Below, in pieces: positions 1-13,690 of a DNA stretch of 64,000 bases. The stretch spans positions 56,730,001 to 56,794,000 of the forward strand of contig NC_043003.1 of NCBI RefSeq assembly GCF_006345805.1, in the 5' to 3' direction. Under the pieces are notes generated by a model, which was not told the origin of the DNA, ran no database searches, and saw only the letters and a program-made list of their open reading frames with translations. Numbering within the stretch: position 1 is the stretch's first letter; each line of letters starts with the position of its first letter. This stretch comes from Octopus sinensis (taxonomy: Eukaryota). Made by a program: the position numbers and the translations under genes.

Positions 1-4
1 TGTG

Positions 5-54
<50 letters not shown>

Positions 55-689
55 TATATATACATTATATAGAGAGAGAGGACGTACGTATAACTGTGTA
101 TATATGTATGTGCGTATTTGTGTGTACGTGTATGTGTATATGTATATAATAAATATATATATATAATATATATATATATATATCTTATATATGTATGTAT
201 GCATGTATATACACATGTGCGCCTGTATACATGTTATCGAATTGTCGGTATATATAAATGTTAATATGCTCACTCAAAAACGAACACACTCGTCCACACA
301 GTAATGTAAGTGTGTTTATGCGCACGTTTGTGTTTATAGAAGTATACACGCATGCACTCAGACATGGATATATGTTGAAGCTATAAAAGAAACCATTTCT
401 GGAATAGCTATAAATCAATGTTGTTCTTATAAAATATAATGAGGTGAGACTATTTATACCGAAGTTACATTATTGTGTGTAGACAATTGGAAAGATACGT
501 AAATATAATATATACAATGAATAGCAAAAAGGATATTAATCAATGTCTAACAGTTCCAGCATTTTATTGAAAAGTATAACCGAAGATCTCAGAGTATTTG
601 TCTTATTCTGACCTCATCAGAAAGAAATAGTCTAACTGCGGAGATATTGATTAAGTATAATCGAAGTAATAATAAAATATCGTGTATTC

Positions 690-938
690 TTTAATTCATT
701 TATTTTTTTCAGTCAGTTTACTCCGGACATGTTGTAGTACCATCTTTCGTCGAACAAATCGAACCCAGGACTCATTCTTTGTAAGCCTAGTACTTATTCT
801 ATACGACTCTTCTGGCGAGCTGCTAAGTTACAGGGACGTAAACATACCAGTAGCGGTTGCCAAGAGATGGTGGCAAGAGAAACACAGATGCACAAATGAA
901 TGCATACATATGCATAGTATATATATATCTATATCTAT

Positions 939-984
<46 letters not shown>

Positions 985-1212
985 CATCTATTATTTATAT
1001 ATTATATATATAGATAATATATATATATATAATATATATATATAGAATATATATAATATAAACAGACTACTTTCAGTTTCCGTCTACCAATCCACTCATA
1101 AGGCTTTGATTGGCTCGACGCTACAGTAGAAGGCAGTTGCCCGAGGTGCCTCCGCAGTGGACTGAACCCAGAACCATACTGTTGGAAATTAAGCTTCTTA
1201 CAACACACCCAC
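690..1212 (-). mobile_element. tRNA-derived SINE, family A, diverged full-length copy with internal microsatellite
   Basis: Reverse complement matches the family-A copy at 1891-2297. The 5' half (about 1055-1212) and 3' half (about 690-880) are separated by (TA)n/(TATC)n. Confidence 0.8.
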
Positions 1213-1502
1213 ATATTTAATTTCTTAATGGGACTCACAGCTAGTTTAAAACTACTTCGAGGTCATTCTCTGCATTTAGCCTACATCCACTTTTAGACAA
1301 AGATTTGTTGGCTTCCGGTCTGAGAAGATCTTCATTTCTTCCTCCCATCCCCCATCTTGAGGACCTTAAATATCTCATTAGTCACCAGTTTCCCCTGCAT
1401 TAGAAAAAAATGTTGTAAAATATATTTTATACAAATTTTCATCGGCAATATATATCTACGGATGATTGTCAATGCCAAACAATTTCTTGGTTTTTACAGA
1501 GA

Positions 1503-1670
1503 TGGCGACCTGGCAGAATCTTTAGCACAACGTACGAAATACAAATCGGCATTTCTTGCGGTTCTTTACGATTCGAATTGAAATTTTGCCGAAGTTGACT
1601 TTGCCTTTCGTTACTTCGGGATTATTAAAATTAGTTCCGGTTGAAGAGTGGACCAGATGCAATTGACTGA
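1503..1670 (+). mobile_element. SINE family C, degraded remnant
   Basis: ggcgacctggcagaatc...gttgactttgcctttc resembles the family-C copies at 16593 and 63620. Confidence 0.6.
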
Positions 1671-1890
1671 TATTGTGTTTATAGAAGAAAGGAGAAATTA
1701 CTTTCTAATTTTCGGAACTGAGCGTACTTTCGGAACAGAAGATACCCATACTTGAACGAATATCATAATATCCAGTTTACTTACTCAGGAAATGACGACG
1801 AAATCATTAAGTAACTTTCAAGCCAAACTGAAGTGAAAAACGCCATTCGCCTGAAAAACGATGTTTTATTTAGAGTTAACACAATACATA

Positions 1891-2061
1891 GGCACAGGAG
1901 TGGCTGTGTGGTAAGTAACTTGCTTACTAACCACATCGTTCCGGGTTCAGTCCCACTGCGTGGCATCTTGGGCAAGTGTCTTCTACTATAGCATCGGGCC
2001 GACCAAAGCCTTGTGAATGGATTTCGTAGACGGAAACTGAAAGAAGCCCGTCGTATATATG

Positions 2062-2117
<56 letters not shown>

Positions 2118-2297
2118 TTCCCTAACAACTCATGCTGGTGTGTTTACGTCCCCGTAACTTAGTTGTTCGGCAAAAGAAACCCATAGAATAAGTACTAGGC
2201 TTACAAAGAATAAGTCCTGGGGTCGATTTGCTCGAGTAAAAGCAGTGTTCCAACATGGCCGCAGTCAAATGACTGAAACAAGTAAAAAGATAAAGAG
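1891..2297 (+). mobile_element. tRNA-derived SINE, family A, full length
   Basis: Head ggcacaggagtggctgtgtggtaag...ggttcagtccc has A/B-box-like motifs, then a central (TA)n(TG)n and a 3' half ending gactgaaacaagtaaaaag. The same sequence recurs at least 8 times in the window. Confidence 0.9.
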
Positions 2298-3149
2298 TAT
2301 ATGAAGAATTTAAAAAGAGAAAATCATGTTTACATTCATTAATATTCAAAATATAGTTTTGGTAATTAGTGCACATGGGTTAATTACAGTTATATATATA
2401 TTATATATATAGATATATATATATATATATATATCTATATATATAAACAAAAAACACAAACAACAAAAGGGACCTTTAGCCTTGCCGTAAATATGTTTGC
2501 AATTCTCATCAGGGTGTAATCTTTTAACCGCATAATCTCAGTAGATGTTATAGCAACAGCAATGTTTTTAGAGCAAAGCTCTAATTTTGTTAATAACTTA
2601 GCGTTAATTAATTTATATACTATGTAGTATAGAATGTTACCTGCTACACCAACAACTGAATTCACACTAACATATCATTTATTTTGGATCTTTAACTGAT
2701 ATAATTTACTTTAATGAGAAATCAGGTGGGCTTTAAACAAACTATAATGTATTTAGTTCTATACTTGGATGTACACTCATTAAAATTTAACCAGTTTAAT
2801 GCTTCGTATAAATATACATACATACATACATACATACATACATACATACAGACAGACACATGCACACACACACACACATATATATGTATATGTATATGAA
2901 TACACCTACAAGAATTTCTGCTATTGAGTCAGTTTCTGATTTCTCACTCTCTCTCTCTCTCTAATTCTCTCTCTTTCTCTCTCTTAATATATAAAAACAA
3001 ACGTAGATACATCTATATATACAGACATATATTTATATTTATAGATTGTGAGTTGTATGTGAGAGCATATTTGGTAATTTAATAAAACAAATATTACCTA
3101 CCGAAAACCAAATGTATTTCATAGTAATTATTTGGGCATATGTTTTCGA

Positions 3150-4165
3150 TAAGCTTTCTTAAGAATTTGCCTTTATTTTCGTTGGCTGTCTAAATACTGA
3201 ACCGAAATCTTTGACATGCATGCACTAAATACACCTTATACCTTTCTGACATCACGGGAAATACAGCGGCTGTCATTGAAGTTAGCTTATTGATGACGTC
3301 CATTAGTTTCCCTTTCAACAATGCTCCAAGCGTAGTAGTCCATGAGATTTAAATCTGGCGAAGTTGGGGGGGGGGGCACACTTTTGGTGTTATATGATCC
3401 TAAATTTTGTCTGAATCCCTTTTTGTTTTACGTGGGCTTTATGAGAATGTTGTGAGTCTCGATGAAACACGTATGGCCGTCGATGCGTAATTCATCGAGC
3501 CAATTCTTAAGAACTGTTTCCAGCACGTCTAGGTAACCAGCTTCATTAATTCTAAAACTCTGTGGAAAGATATGAGGTGGTATGATATTGCCTTCGTGAC
3601 ACATAACTTCGGAAACATTACAGTTACTGGAAGCTTTACTATCGCTGGAAACTTATTCTGGAGACATCGGCAGTATCTGCACGCAACCACATGACATTTT
3701 CCCTATTAGAATTTTCGGCATAATCTCATATTATTTCAACAGAGCAGAGGGAAAGTATGCTATGTTCGTGAAGGTTCTCTAATCTTGCTAAGTAGCCGTT
3801 CATATGTATCAATGAGTTTTTGTATGTCTTTGCAAACATGAATTTCTTCTGCACCGTGCATTCGATTCTTTCGGTGATGGCTCTCGTTCATTTTGCCGGA
3901 TCGTTATTGATAATGTCTTCAAAACGTTGGATAAGTTGTTCCGTTCTTACAGTGACAAAACCCTTAGAAAGTTTTCTGATTCCTTGTTGATACAGTTCAA
4001 ATATAGCCACCAGATGCTTCCGATGCAATCCCAACTTTGTTTACACAATATCTGGCATAATTTAGAGAGTTGGAATTGTCTAATTAGCCACAGTTCCTAA
4101 ATAATACGACAATTATTGCATATCTCTTCATTTCTTGTGTTAGCAGGTTATCTGCCACGGTGGTG
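3150..4165 (-). mobile_element. Decayed Tc1/mariner DNA transposon, DD37D (maT)-like transposase, near full length
   Basis: Minus-strand translation across frameshifts gives LTQEMKRYAIIV (N-terminus), EGNIIPPHIFPQSFRINEAGYLDVLETVLKNWLD and SPDLNLMDYYAWSIVERETN, resembling maT/Bmmar1-type transposases. TIRs not confidently seen. Confidence 0.8.
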
Positions 4166-4496
4166 TGTGAAAATAATGAAAACATATCTTTATTTAATTT
4201 CAAGTGTTTAAATACTATTCACATCCAGTGTGCGCGCGTGCGTCCATGCGTGCGTGCATGTATGTATATGTGTGTGTGTATGCTTGTGTGTGTATGTGTA
4301 TCTGTTAGTGTTTTTGTGTTTGTCGGTGGACCATCGCTTGACAACCGGTGTTGGTTTGTCTATGTCACGTAACTTAACGGTACGGAAAAAAGACTGATAG
4401 AATAATAGAATAATAAAATATCAGCAAAACGCCAGAATTTCGCGTTTTGCTGATTTTTTTCTTGAGAACACCTCTCTTCGTGGTACTGGCGATTTG

Positions 4497-4596
4497 NNNN
4501 NNNNNNNNNNNNNNNNNNNNNNNNNNNNNNNNNNNNNNNNNNNNNNNNNNNNNNNNNNNNNNNNNNNNNNNNNNNNNNNNNNNNNNNNNNNNNNNN
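4497..4596. other. Assembly gap (100 N)
   Basis: Run of exactly 100 N. Confidence 1.
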
Positions 4597-4727
4597 ATAT
4601 ATACATATATATATATATATATATACAATATATAATATATCTTATATACATATATATATATATATTACATATTATATATTAACATATATATATATATACA
4701 TTATATATATACATATATATATATATC

Positions 4728-4759
<32 letters not shown>

Positions 4760-4827
4760 CATATAATATATATATCCTATATATATATATATTATATATA
4801 TATGATATATATATATATACATATATA

Positions 4828-4985
4828 CAACGGGCTTGTTTCAGTTCCGTCTACCAAATTTAATAAGGCTTTGGTCGGCCCGAGGCTATAGTAGAAGACA
4901 CTTGCCCAAGGCGCTATGCAGTGGGAATGAACCCGGAACCGTGCTGTTGGTAAGCAACCTACTTATCACACAGCCACTCCTGCGC
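4828..4985 (-). mobile_element. SINE family A, 5' half
   Basis: Reverse complement of the family-A head through gaagcccg; ends in the (TA)n tract at 4597-4827. Confidence 0.85.
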
Positions 4986-5736
4986 ATGCATATACCATTA
5001 TTGTTTAGGTACTCTGAATTTAAACGCTTATATGTAACAATGGCTGAGGAATATAACTTCGAAAGCTGTCTTGATTTACATATAATTCATAAGTCGGACA
5101 TATAGGTTGTTAAATTATAATGATATATAATACAGTGTAATTCAGAATTCCGGAAACTTGTAAACTATACATAATTCTACATGTGAAGAGTTAGCTGTAC
5201 ATTGGATCTGGTATAAAATAATCATATAAATTCTCTTCAGTAAGCAGGAAAGTAACTGAGAATAAACATATATTGTACATATAATTATCACACCCTAAAT
5301 ACACTTACTACAGGTTAAATTTCTCGAATGCTGTGCACATTTTCCTGATTCCCTTTCTGACTTGTAACTGTCATATTTTAATTAGCCGGGTAATTTTTTT
5401 GCCTGATCTTCATAATCTGAGCTTTTACAAATTGGTACTGATATATTTAGTTACGTATCCAACGGTCTGTTTAATTACAGGTATAAATCTTGAGCGATAT
5501 TCATGTAGAGTATCTGCAGAATTCTCATTAATTTGACATACATATTTTCTTGTTCATTTATCTTTCATATTACGCTAACGTCAGCCGGGCAGTTTTCTTT
5601 GATTGTGTATGTATGTATCTACGTACGCATGTGCATGTGTGTATGTATATATGGAGGTGTGTATGCATCTATGTATGTATGTATGTACGTACGGATGTGT
5701 GTATGAGTGTGTATATATATTTGCATGTATGTATGT

Positions 5737-6040
5737 AGTGGAGGCACATGGCCTAGTGGTTAGAGCTGCGAACTCACGGTCGAGGGATCGTGGGTTCGAA
5801 TTTCAGACTGAGCGATGTGTGTGTTTATGAGTGAACACCTAAGCTCTACGCGGCTCCCGCAGAAAGTAATGGCGAATATCTGCTGACTCTTTCGCCACAG
5901 CTTTCTCTCACTCTTTCCTCCTGCATCTTGCAGGTCACCTGCGACGGACCGGCGTCCCGTCCAGGTGGGGAACCTATACGCCAAGAAAACTGGAAAAACG
6001 GCCCTTATCAGCCAGGCATTGCTCGAGAAGGAACAAACAA
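5737..6040 (+). mobile_element. tRNA-derived SINE, family B
   Basis: Head gtggaggcacatggcctagtggttagag...gggttcgaat and central ctgcgacggaccggcgtcccgtccagg, shared with 56770-57015. Confidence 0.75.
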
Positions 6041-7179
6041 TGTATGTATGTATATATGTATGTATGTACGTGTGTGTGTGTGATTGTGTATGTATGTATG
6101 TATGTATATTTATGTGTATGTATACATTACAAAATTGCTATAATGAAGTTTTTTTATATATATATATATTTCACCAAAAATATTCTTGCTGCGAAAACAA
6201 GTTCACTAATTATTACAATGTCTCTCTGGCAAAACGTTCGTGGATATTGAAATTACTGCAATTTCAGACATTGATGATATTCGTCATGATTTGCATAACT
6301 TCGCTCGCTGGGTTACCAGGAATAAATTACTTCCGACTTCATGTAGAAAACTAAAAGACCTCGTGCGATGTTATACATGGAACTTCATACAACCATGAAT
6401 TATTCATTCTCCGCAAGATCGTTACTACAGTTCATCAAATACCGTCGAACGCATAATGATGGCCTACAATTTCACACGGTATCTTCTCCACAATGCCTAA
6501 ATCTGTTAGGAACTGGTAAAAACAAAACAAAAAATCTCTCTATATTCCTGCCCTAACATGTTATAAAAAAAAAGGTCACTGGATACTGATATAGTGCTAA
6601 GGTGGTGAAAAAGTTAAGATGGCAGTTTCATGACGAGTGCATTCAGTCAATAGACCGCCCGTTATGAATTGCAGATCAAGACTATTCTAACACTGTAATA
6701 GTTTCGCTACACAGGTAATGCCAAAAATATTCTAACACTTTAATAGTCTCTATACATAGACAATGTCATGAATGTAGCATGAGATTAGATTTATAATCTA
6801 CTAAATATTGTTTACTAAATGTATATCCTTGATTTCCAATCATGTACAAGGGAACTTCGCCTGTCATCATTCACGGGCCTGATTTCACTTTTTAAGTAGA
6901 TGCTCAGCGCTTATCATCACGATCCTAAAGACACATATGATCTTGTATTTGACTTGTATTTCGAGCCAGATGAGCGATCAATCTTTGGTTATCTCATTCA
7001 TTTGGTATTGCCAATTTTTGGCATTGCCATCGATGATGTTGTCATTGTTTCTCCTGTTGTCAATGTTCTCTTAAACCGTATCCCATGCTAAAGAAGGACA
7101 CAGAAGATATTATACTCCTAGATATTCTGCATTTCTTCTGTGTTCTCTCTTTAAATGGTGTTTGCACTTTAGAGAAAAC

Positions 7180-7210
<31 letters not shown>

Positions 7211-9344
7211 GAAAAGAGAGATAGAGAGAGAGCGAGTGAGTTCGTGTATGTGTGAGTGAAGGAGAGTATACACGGGTTGCATAGAACTCTGAACGTAAAG
7301 AGACGGAAATGTTGCAGGTGAGATTTTCCAAACAGTCTAACGATTCGGCTAATCCACGTTGCTCTATAGTCTTCAATATATTGTACCTTAAATAAACAAA
7401 GACGAATGATACGGCAAGACTGACCGGGGGCGATATAATGCAGAACAATAGCGACAGTAACATCTAAAGTATATACGACTATTTGCTATAAATAGAAGCT
7501 AAATCTCCTTCAAAACATCCACTGCCGTGTTAATAGTAGCCTATAATATTTTGAAGGGTTTGAAGTGTTGAATAAAACTGCTCGAATATTCTTGCAATTA
7601 TGGCACAAGATTAAACCCAGCACTTTACTGGTACTTTATTTTATCTAGTTCAGAAGGACGGCAGGCAAACTTGAACTCGATAATATTTTCTTGAATCGAA
7701 TGCCCCGAAACGTTCAACACTCACATGATTCTATGATCTTATAATAATAGTGATAAGTACAATACTATACATTCTTACTTAAGGCGTAGCCGGTGCAATT
7801 GGAACAAATATTTTGGAGGTAATAACTAGAAGGATGAAAGCAATGTTGATACATTTATCTAGTTATTGCACGCACTCATAGTATTCATATAAAAATAATT
7901 TCTAATATACGTGCAAGGTGAAGAAATTTTGAAATAATCTTGCATTACCGACCTATGCATATTTTGAGGAATTCCGGAATGAACAAAGGCAAAACCAACG
8001 CAAGAAATATTGGGAAGTCAGATCATAAAGGAGCTTGAGTATAAATATTTCGCATGATATTTTACATGACTCTCTAGCGATTCTAGTAAAACATCAGACA
8101 CAACTAACACTGTAGCTGCGTTAGCACTGCAACAATACAAGCAAGATAAACCAAAAAAAAAAACCCAAAAAAACAAACAAACAACACGACGCACACAACA
8201 TAAACAAGAAAACACAGTCAAAAACAGTTGGCATCAACAATAAATATAATAATATATAAAAATCATAAAACATCGTGTTGAATCGCTCACTTGATTCAAA
8301 AGTAAATTACTGAATTACACAACAGAAGACATATGTCAAACATTATGTTAAACATTTGTAATTTATTCACTGTCGAGCGAGCGGTAAAGAGGCGGAGTGC
8401 GAGAAAGGATAGCGAGATATACATTATCAGCCATTTAAAAAATTGGGGATAAGTCCCTTACTTCAACATGTTTTATGGCGGTGTTGGCTTCAGAAGTAGG
8501 AATGGCAGGAATAAATAACTATGTTGTTAGCTGTGGCGGAGGATATTTTTACTCCTTGTTTTAAATCATCTAAATTTACATCAATTTTTATTTTCTTGTT
8601 TTCGGTGTTTTTTTTTTTTGTTTTACTTTTAAAAGCAAAATTACATTTCTGTTCTTGCCTCTCCTGTATGATGATATAGGGCGCGTCTGATTCAGTTAGC
8701 TGGTGGATGGCATATTTCGTTTGTTTTTTTATTTCTTTATTTTCGAAAGCATGATTATGTTTACGCAATAGTAAAAAAAAAAAAAAAAGATATGGAAACC
8801 TGGAAAACGGGAACAAACATATAAAATAAATTGCTACAAAAACAGAAAAAAATACGCACCGCTAACACTGCAACAGCAATACAAAAACAACAATAGCAAC
8901 CCAAACCAAAGAAAATGTTAAATTTAAAGTATTACCAGATGGAATGAATTATCCAGACTATTTCATTTCAAACATGTTAAATTTTTAAGTTCTAAAGACT
9001 TACAATAAAGCAAAAATATAAAACAAAATATGCTTCCTATGTTACCTATAATGTATCGTGGCAGTACCAAAAATGCTTTCTGGTATTTCCCTTGGTTCCT
9101 TATGATACGTGTTCAAATCCCATTAAGTCATCTCTTCATTTTCGCTAAAATACTTTGCCGATTAAGTATTTTGACCAATGTTTGTGACAATTCCCTCGAC
9201 TCAAAACTGCTAAATATGGGGTAAAACTAGAAAACACTATACATACATACATATATATATGTGTATGCATGTATGTATGTATGTATGTATGTATGTATGT
9301 ATGTATGTATGTATGTAGGTAGGTAGGTAGGTAGGTAGGTAGGT

Positions 9345-9490
9345 AGGTAGCTAGGCGCAGGAGAGGCTGTGTGATAGGAAGCTTCCTTCCCAAGTATCAT
9401 GGTCCCGGGTCAGACCCAACGTGTAGCTTCTTGACTAAGTATCTTGTGAGTGGATTTGGTTGAAGCAAATTAAAGAAGCCGTCGTACAAA
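9345..9490 (+). mobile_element. SINE family A, degraded 5' half
   Basis: ctaggcgcaggagaggctgtgtg...aagaagccgtcgtac followed by (TA)n. Confidence 0.7.
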
Positions 9491-9494
9491 TATA

Positions 9495-9546
<52 letters not shown>

Positions 9547-9624
9547 GTATATGTAATATATGTATATACATTAAATATATATAGATACGAAAACTATATA
9601 TATATGTATATATGCATATATATA

Positions 9625-9659
<35 letters not shown>

Positions 9660-10111
9660 CATATATATATGTATATGCAGAGAGAGAGAGTGAGAGAGAG
9701 AAAGAGAGGGAGAGCACCCATTCTTAAAATCATCTGTACCTTTAAATTATTCTGCACAATATACAAGCTTAGTAACTTTATTAATCGACAGTTATGCTTC
9801 ACAACTGGTGACTGGGTACCTGACAGTTATCAACTATGAAGCACAACACTTTATTATCACTGCTACTGCATTATTCTGAAGATTGCAGAAAGTATGAAAG
9901 CATTTCTTTAATTATTATTACAGGTCTACTAGTCTGATAGGGGGAGCAGTGAAGTGATATGCTATTTTCATATATTTTTACCAAGACAGTGAAGATTTCT
10001 CCACAGTACCTTCTGCGAATTTTCATTTCGAAGGTAAATTATGTCTACATCATGATTTAACTAACTTAAACTTCAGATATATACAGTATATATATATATA
10101 TATATATATCT

Positions 10112-10143
<32 letters not shown>

Positions 10144-10814
10144 CGCGCATGGTTCCGGGTTCAGTGCCACTGCGTAGCACATTGGGCAAGTGTTTCTACC
10201 ATGATATCAGGTCGCATATATCTGAATATATATGTATATATTTGTGCCCTCCATCATCGCTGTTTGTCCACGACCACCGCTGTGTTCTAAAGCAAAGGCA
10301 AATTCCAATACAGCTTGGCACCGGTGACTTTGAATCTCATTCCCAATTCCTACAGCTGAATGAACTGGAGAAATGTATGTATGTTGTATTCTTGCTCAAA
10401 AATACAACATACATTCCAATCCGGAAATCGAACTCTCATCCTCACCATTTTAATCACTGAGCCATGCACTTTCACATTGAGTGGTTCTGTCAAAATTACT
10501 GGAGTTGTTCAATATTTATAAACCATTACATTTGCATGCATATTTGTGTACTTCTGTGAGAAATTTTATACTAGACTATATATATACATGTATATGCCCG
10601 TGTGAGAGTGTGAGCTTCTCTGCATAAGCATATGGCATGTGCAAATATTTGATATATGACTAAATAGAAAGGACCACCGTGTCATCTGTAAACACAGTAT
10701 GTGGTGCATTCTGAGTGATTTAACGAGGCGTTCAAGTAGTGTAACAAACGGAAAGTAATGTCGTATGTTTGTATTTATGTAAGGGTGATATGATTGTAAG
10801 CATATTTACAAATG

Positions 10815-10877
<63 letters not shown>

Positions 10878-11195
10878 CGTTTAAATATATAGAAGATAGA
10901 TAGATAGATAGATATGTATATGTGCATGTGTCTGTTTGAGTAGGTTTGTTTGTGTGTCAATGGGTGGGTGTCTACACATTTATCATACAAACACACACAT
11001 ATATATTCATATATATATATATATATTATATATATATAATATATATATATTATATATATATAAACACTTCTTGATGTCCATATTATATAATGTATATTCA
11101 TTCACATGTATACCTATTCAGATAAACAACATATAAATATATATATATACATGTACATATATTCATTCGTATATATAGGTAAGTATATGTTTGTG

Positions 11196-11249
<54 letters not shown>

Positions 11250-11469
11250 TGTGTGTGTCTGTGTCTGTGTGTGGGTGTGTACGTATGTGACTGTGTGTGT
11301 TTGTGTGTACCTGTGCACATGTATAGGGTATATATATTTTGCGAGAACTATTTAAGGACATATTTTGTAACCTAATAAAAGAACGCTATCTACCAAACTG
11401 AATCTATTTCAATAAAATGTAGTGCGCATATAGTAGATACACTTCCATAAAAGATTATTTCATGAGTTC

Positions 11470-12125
11470 TTGTTTTGTTTCGACGACTGCATTAATGCTG
11501 TATTTCTCTACATCATTAAAACCTTCGACATTCATGCACTAAATGCATCTTATATAGAACAGACAGCTCCTCGACAACAACAGATTTCATAGAAGATACA
11601 GTATACTGAGGATTTCAATAAGTCAGCGTTTCAATAAGCCTCTAATTGTAGCAGTACATTGGATATAAATTCGATCACAATGGCGGCTACAATTTTCTTG
11701 TTACATGTCCGTAAAAGTTTACTGCTATACTTTCTTGGGTTACATGGGTGTTGTTAGAATCACGTTTGGCCCCACATTGCATACTTTATCTATCCCGGGC
11801 TTAATAACTACCTCCAGCAACTCAGCGAATCAGTAGCATTAATTCTAAGACCACGTGAAAATGTGTCAGTTGAAATTACAGACCTTCTTTACTCACCATT
11901 CCTAAAACATCAAGCTGTTGGGAACTTAGTGACCATCACTCTGTTGACATCAAAAGGATCTGCACATAGCCATCTGTTATTTCTTCTGTTACAATTATGT
12001 CCTTAGTCGAATATTTTCTCAACAGTGAAAAAACAAAGTATACCATGCTCGCGAAAGTTTTCAGCTTTGATATATAACTGCTTTACACGTATCAAAAGGT
12101 TTTCCGGTGTCTTTGCAAACATGAA
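11470..12125 (-). mobile_element. Second decayed DD37D (maT)-like transposase fragment
   Basis: Minus strand gives GILCFFTVEKIFD*GHNCNRRNNRWLCADPFDVNRVMVTKFPT, then HIFSRGLRINA and VIKPGIDKVCN; same family motifs as 3150-4165. Confidence 0.75.
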
Positions 12126-12709
12126 TTGGACTCTTATAAATATATACGATGCTTAATGTGGCGAGCCGACAGAGTCTTTAGCATACTGGGCAAAACTGTG
12201 AGAAGCATTTTGTCCGTTTTTACATCCTGAGTTCAACTTTCATCGAGGTTGATCAATAATGCTCTGATACTTTGGATATGTCCCGTCCATTGTTTGGAGA
12301 TGTTGATTCAACCGTGTCAGCCAAACATTGTCACTTGATAGCCACACACGGACGTGGCGAGGAATCTACAAACATTTCTAAGACCAGTCACGTGACTATC
12401 CTCTACCAAACAAATTTTCAAAATATACGAGTTTGAGCCATGAACTCCCTATAAAAATAAGGTAAGCTTCAAACACTAGTCAGAAGGAAGACAGGGGTGA
12501 CATAAGCCACGTCTTTATATTTGAACTTCTTGAAAATAAGTTTTAAGAGTGAAACCGGTGAAAGCTTTAAATATATTGATAAAAATATTTTAACTACCTT
12601 AGTGCATTTTCAACTTCTATATTCCCTATCACCCTACCGATGTGGAATAAAATAACTTAGTTTTATATACATACATATCTATATACATACTTATATATGG
12701 ATATACATA

Positions 12710-12795
<86 letters not shown>

Positions 12796-12920
12796 AAGAT
12801 AGATAGATAACTTGGATATGTTTCGACAAAGATTGGTCCAGGCCATGTCTAACTTCATAGCACCACTGATTTAAAATATCAGTGCCCTGGGTATAGATAG
12901 ATAGATAAATAGACAGATAG

Positions 12921-12996
<76 letters not shown>

Positions 12997-13009
12997 GTGA
13001 CAATGTAAA

Positions 13010-13690
13010 TATCGCTTTCCTAATGGTTTTAAACCAGTCAGCGATTTCTATGCTATTAGATCATTGGACTAATCTAGTAGCAATTCTGACTTTCGCATTG
13101 ATATTTCCTAAAATTTCTTTATTAATAATACCAATTACTGATTTTGGTGGGTTAATAAGTTTACATTTAGGATTAGATAGGAAGTTCTTTTTCTGATCTT
13201 TAATAGTTATAAAGACCTCTGTTTGGGGGAGGACCTCAATTTTTTTCTCTAATTTAAGCCTAGCGGCTATGATGCTAGCTTCTTTACTATTGTCGTTATA
13301 AACTTGTGGCCTTGCTTTAGTGTAATTATTAATAGTGTTGTTATGTAGCAGACGGGAGTATGTGCTGCTTTCTAGAAGTTATAAATTCTTGGTTTTATCA
13401 GAAAAAAGTGTCGTTTTTTAAAAACTTTTTAATGCATTTAATGTAATTTTTCAGTTTCAGTTGGAAAGTGTTAAAAGACTTACGAAGTCTTCTTGGTCCT
13501 TGATTTTACGAAATAATTTCTTTGATTTTTTCCCCATAAAATATGTTCTCTGTACTAGCCTTTTCCATCTTGTAAAAGAAGAATTTCCATCTCATACACT
13601 TAATAATGTCTGTAATTTTCTCCACAAGTTTCCCTGGATGTTATAGGTATGTTTTTCATAGAATAATCGATAGTGTAGGCGTCCATACTA
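13010..13690 (-). mobile_element. Penelope-like retroelement, N-terminal/RT-start fragment, degraded
   Basis: Minus strand gives YSMKNIPI, IKCMRWKFFF, FSDKTKNL and VFITIKDQKKNFLSNPKCKLINPPKS, motifs typical of Penelope-like ORF N-termini. Truncated at the (TAGA)n tract near 13000. Confidence 0.8.

Noticed and set aside
5737-5815. tRNA-like sequences here and at 49045 and 56770
   Set aside because: They continue directly into SINE bodies and do not fold into a full cloverleaf; these are SINE heads, not tRNA genes.
6900-7091. 63-aa ORF in apparently unique sequence
   Set aside because: Short, no motif, and no convincing splice pair on either strand.
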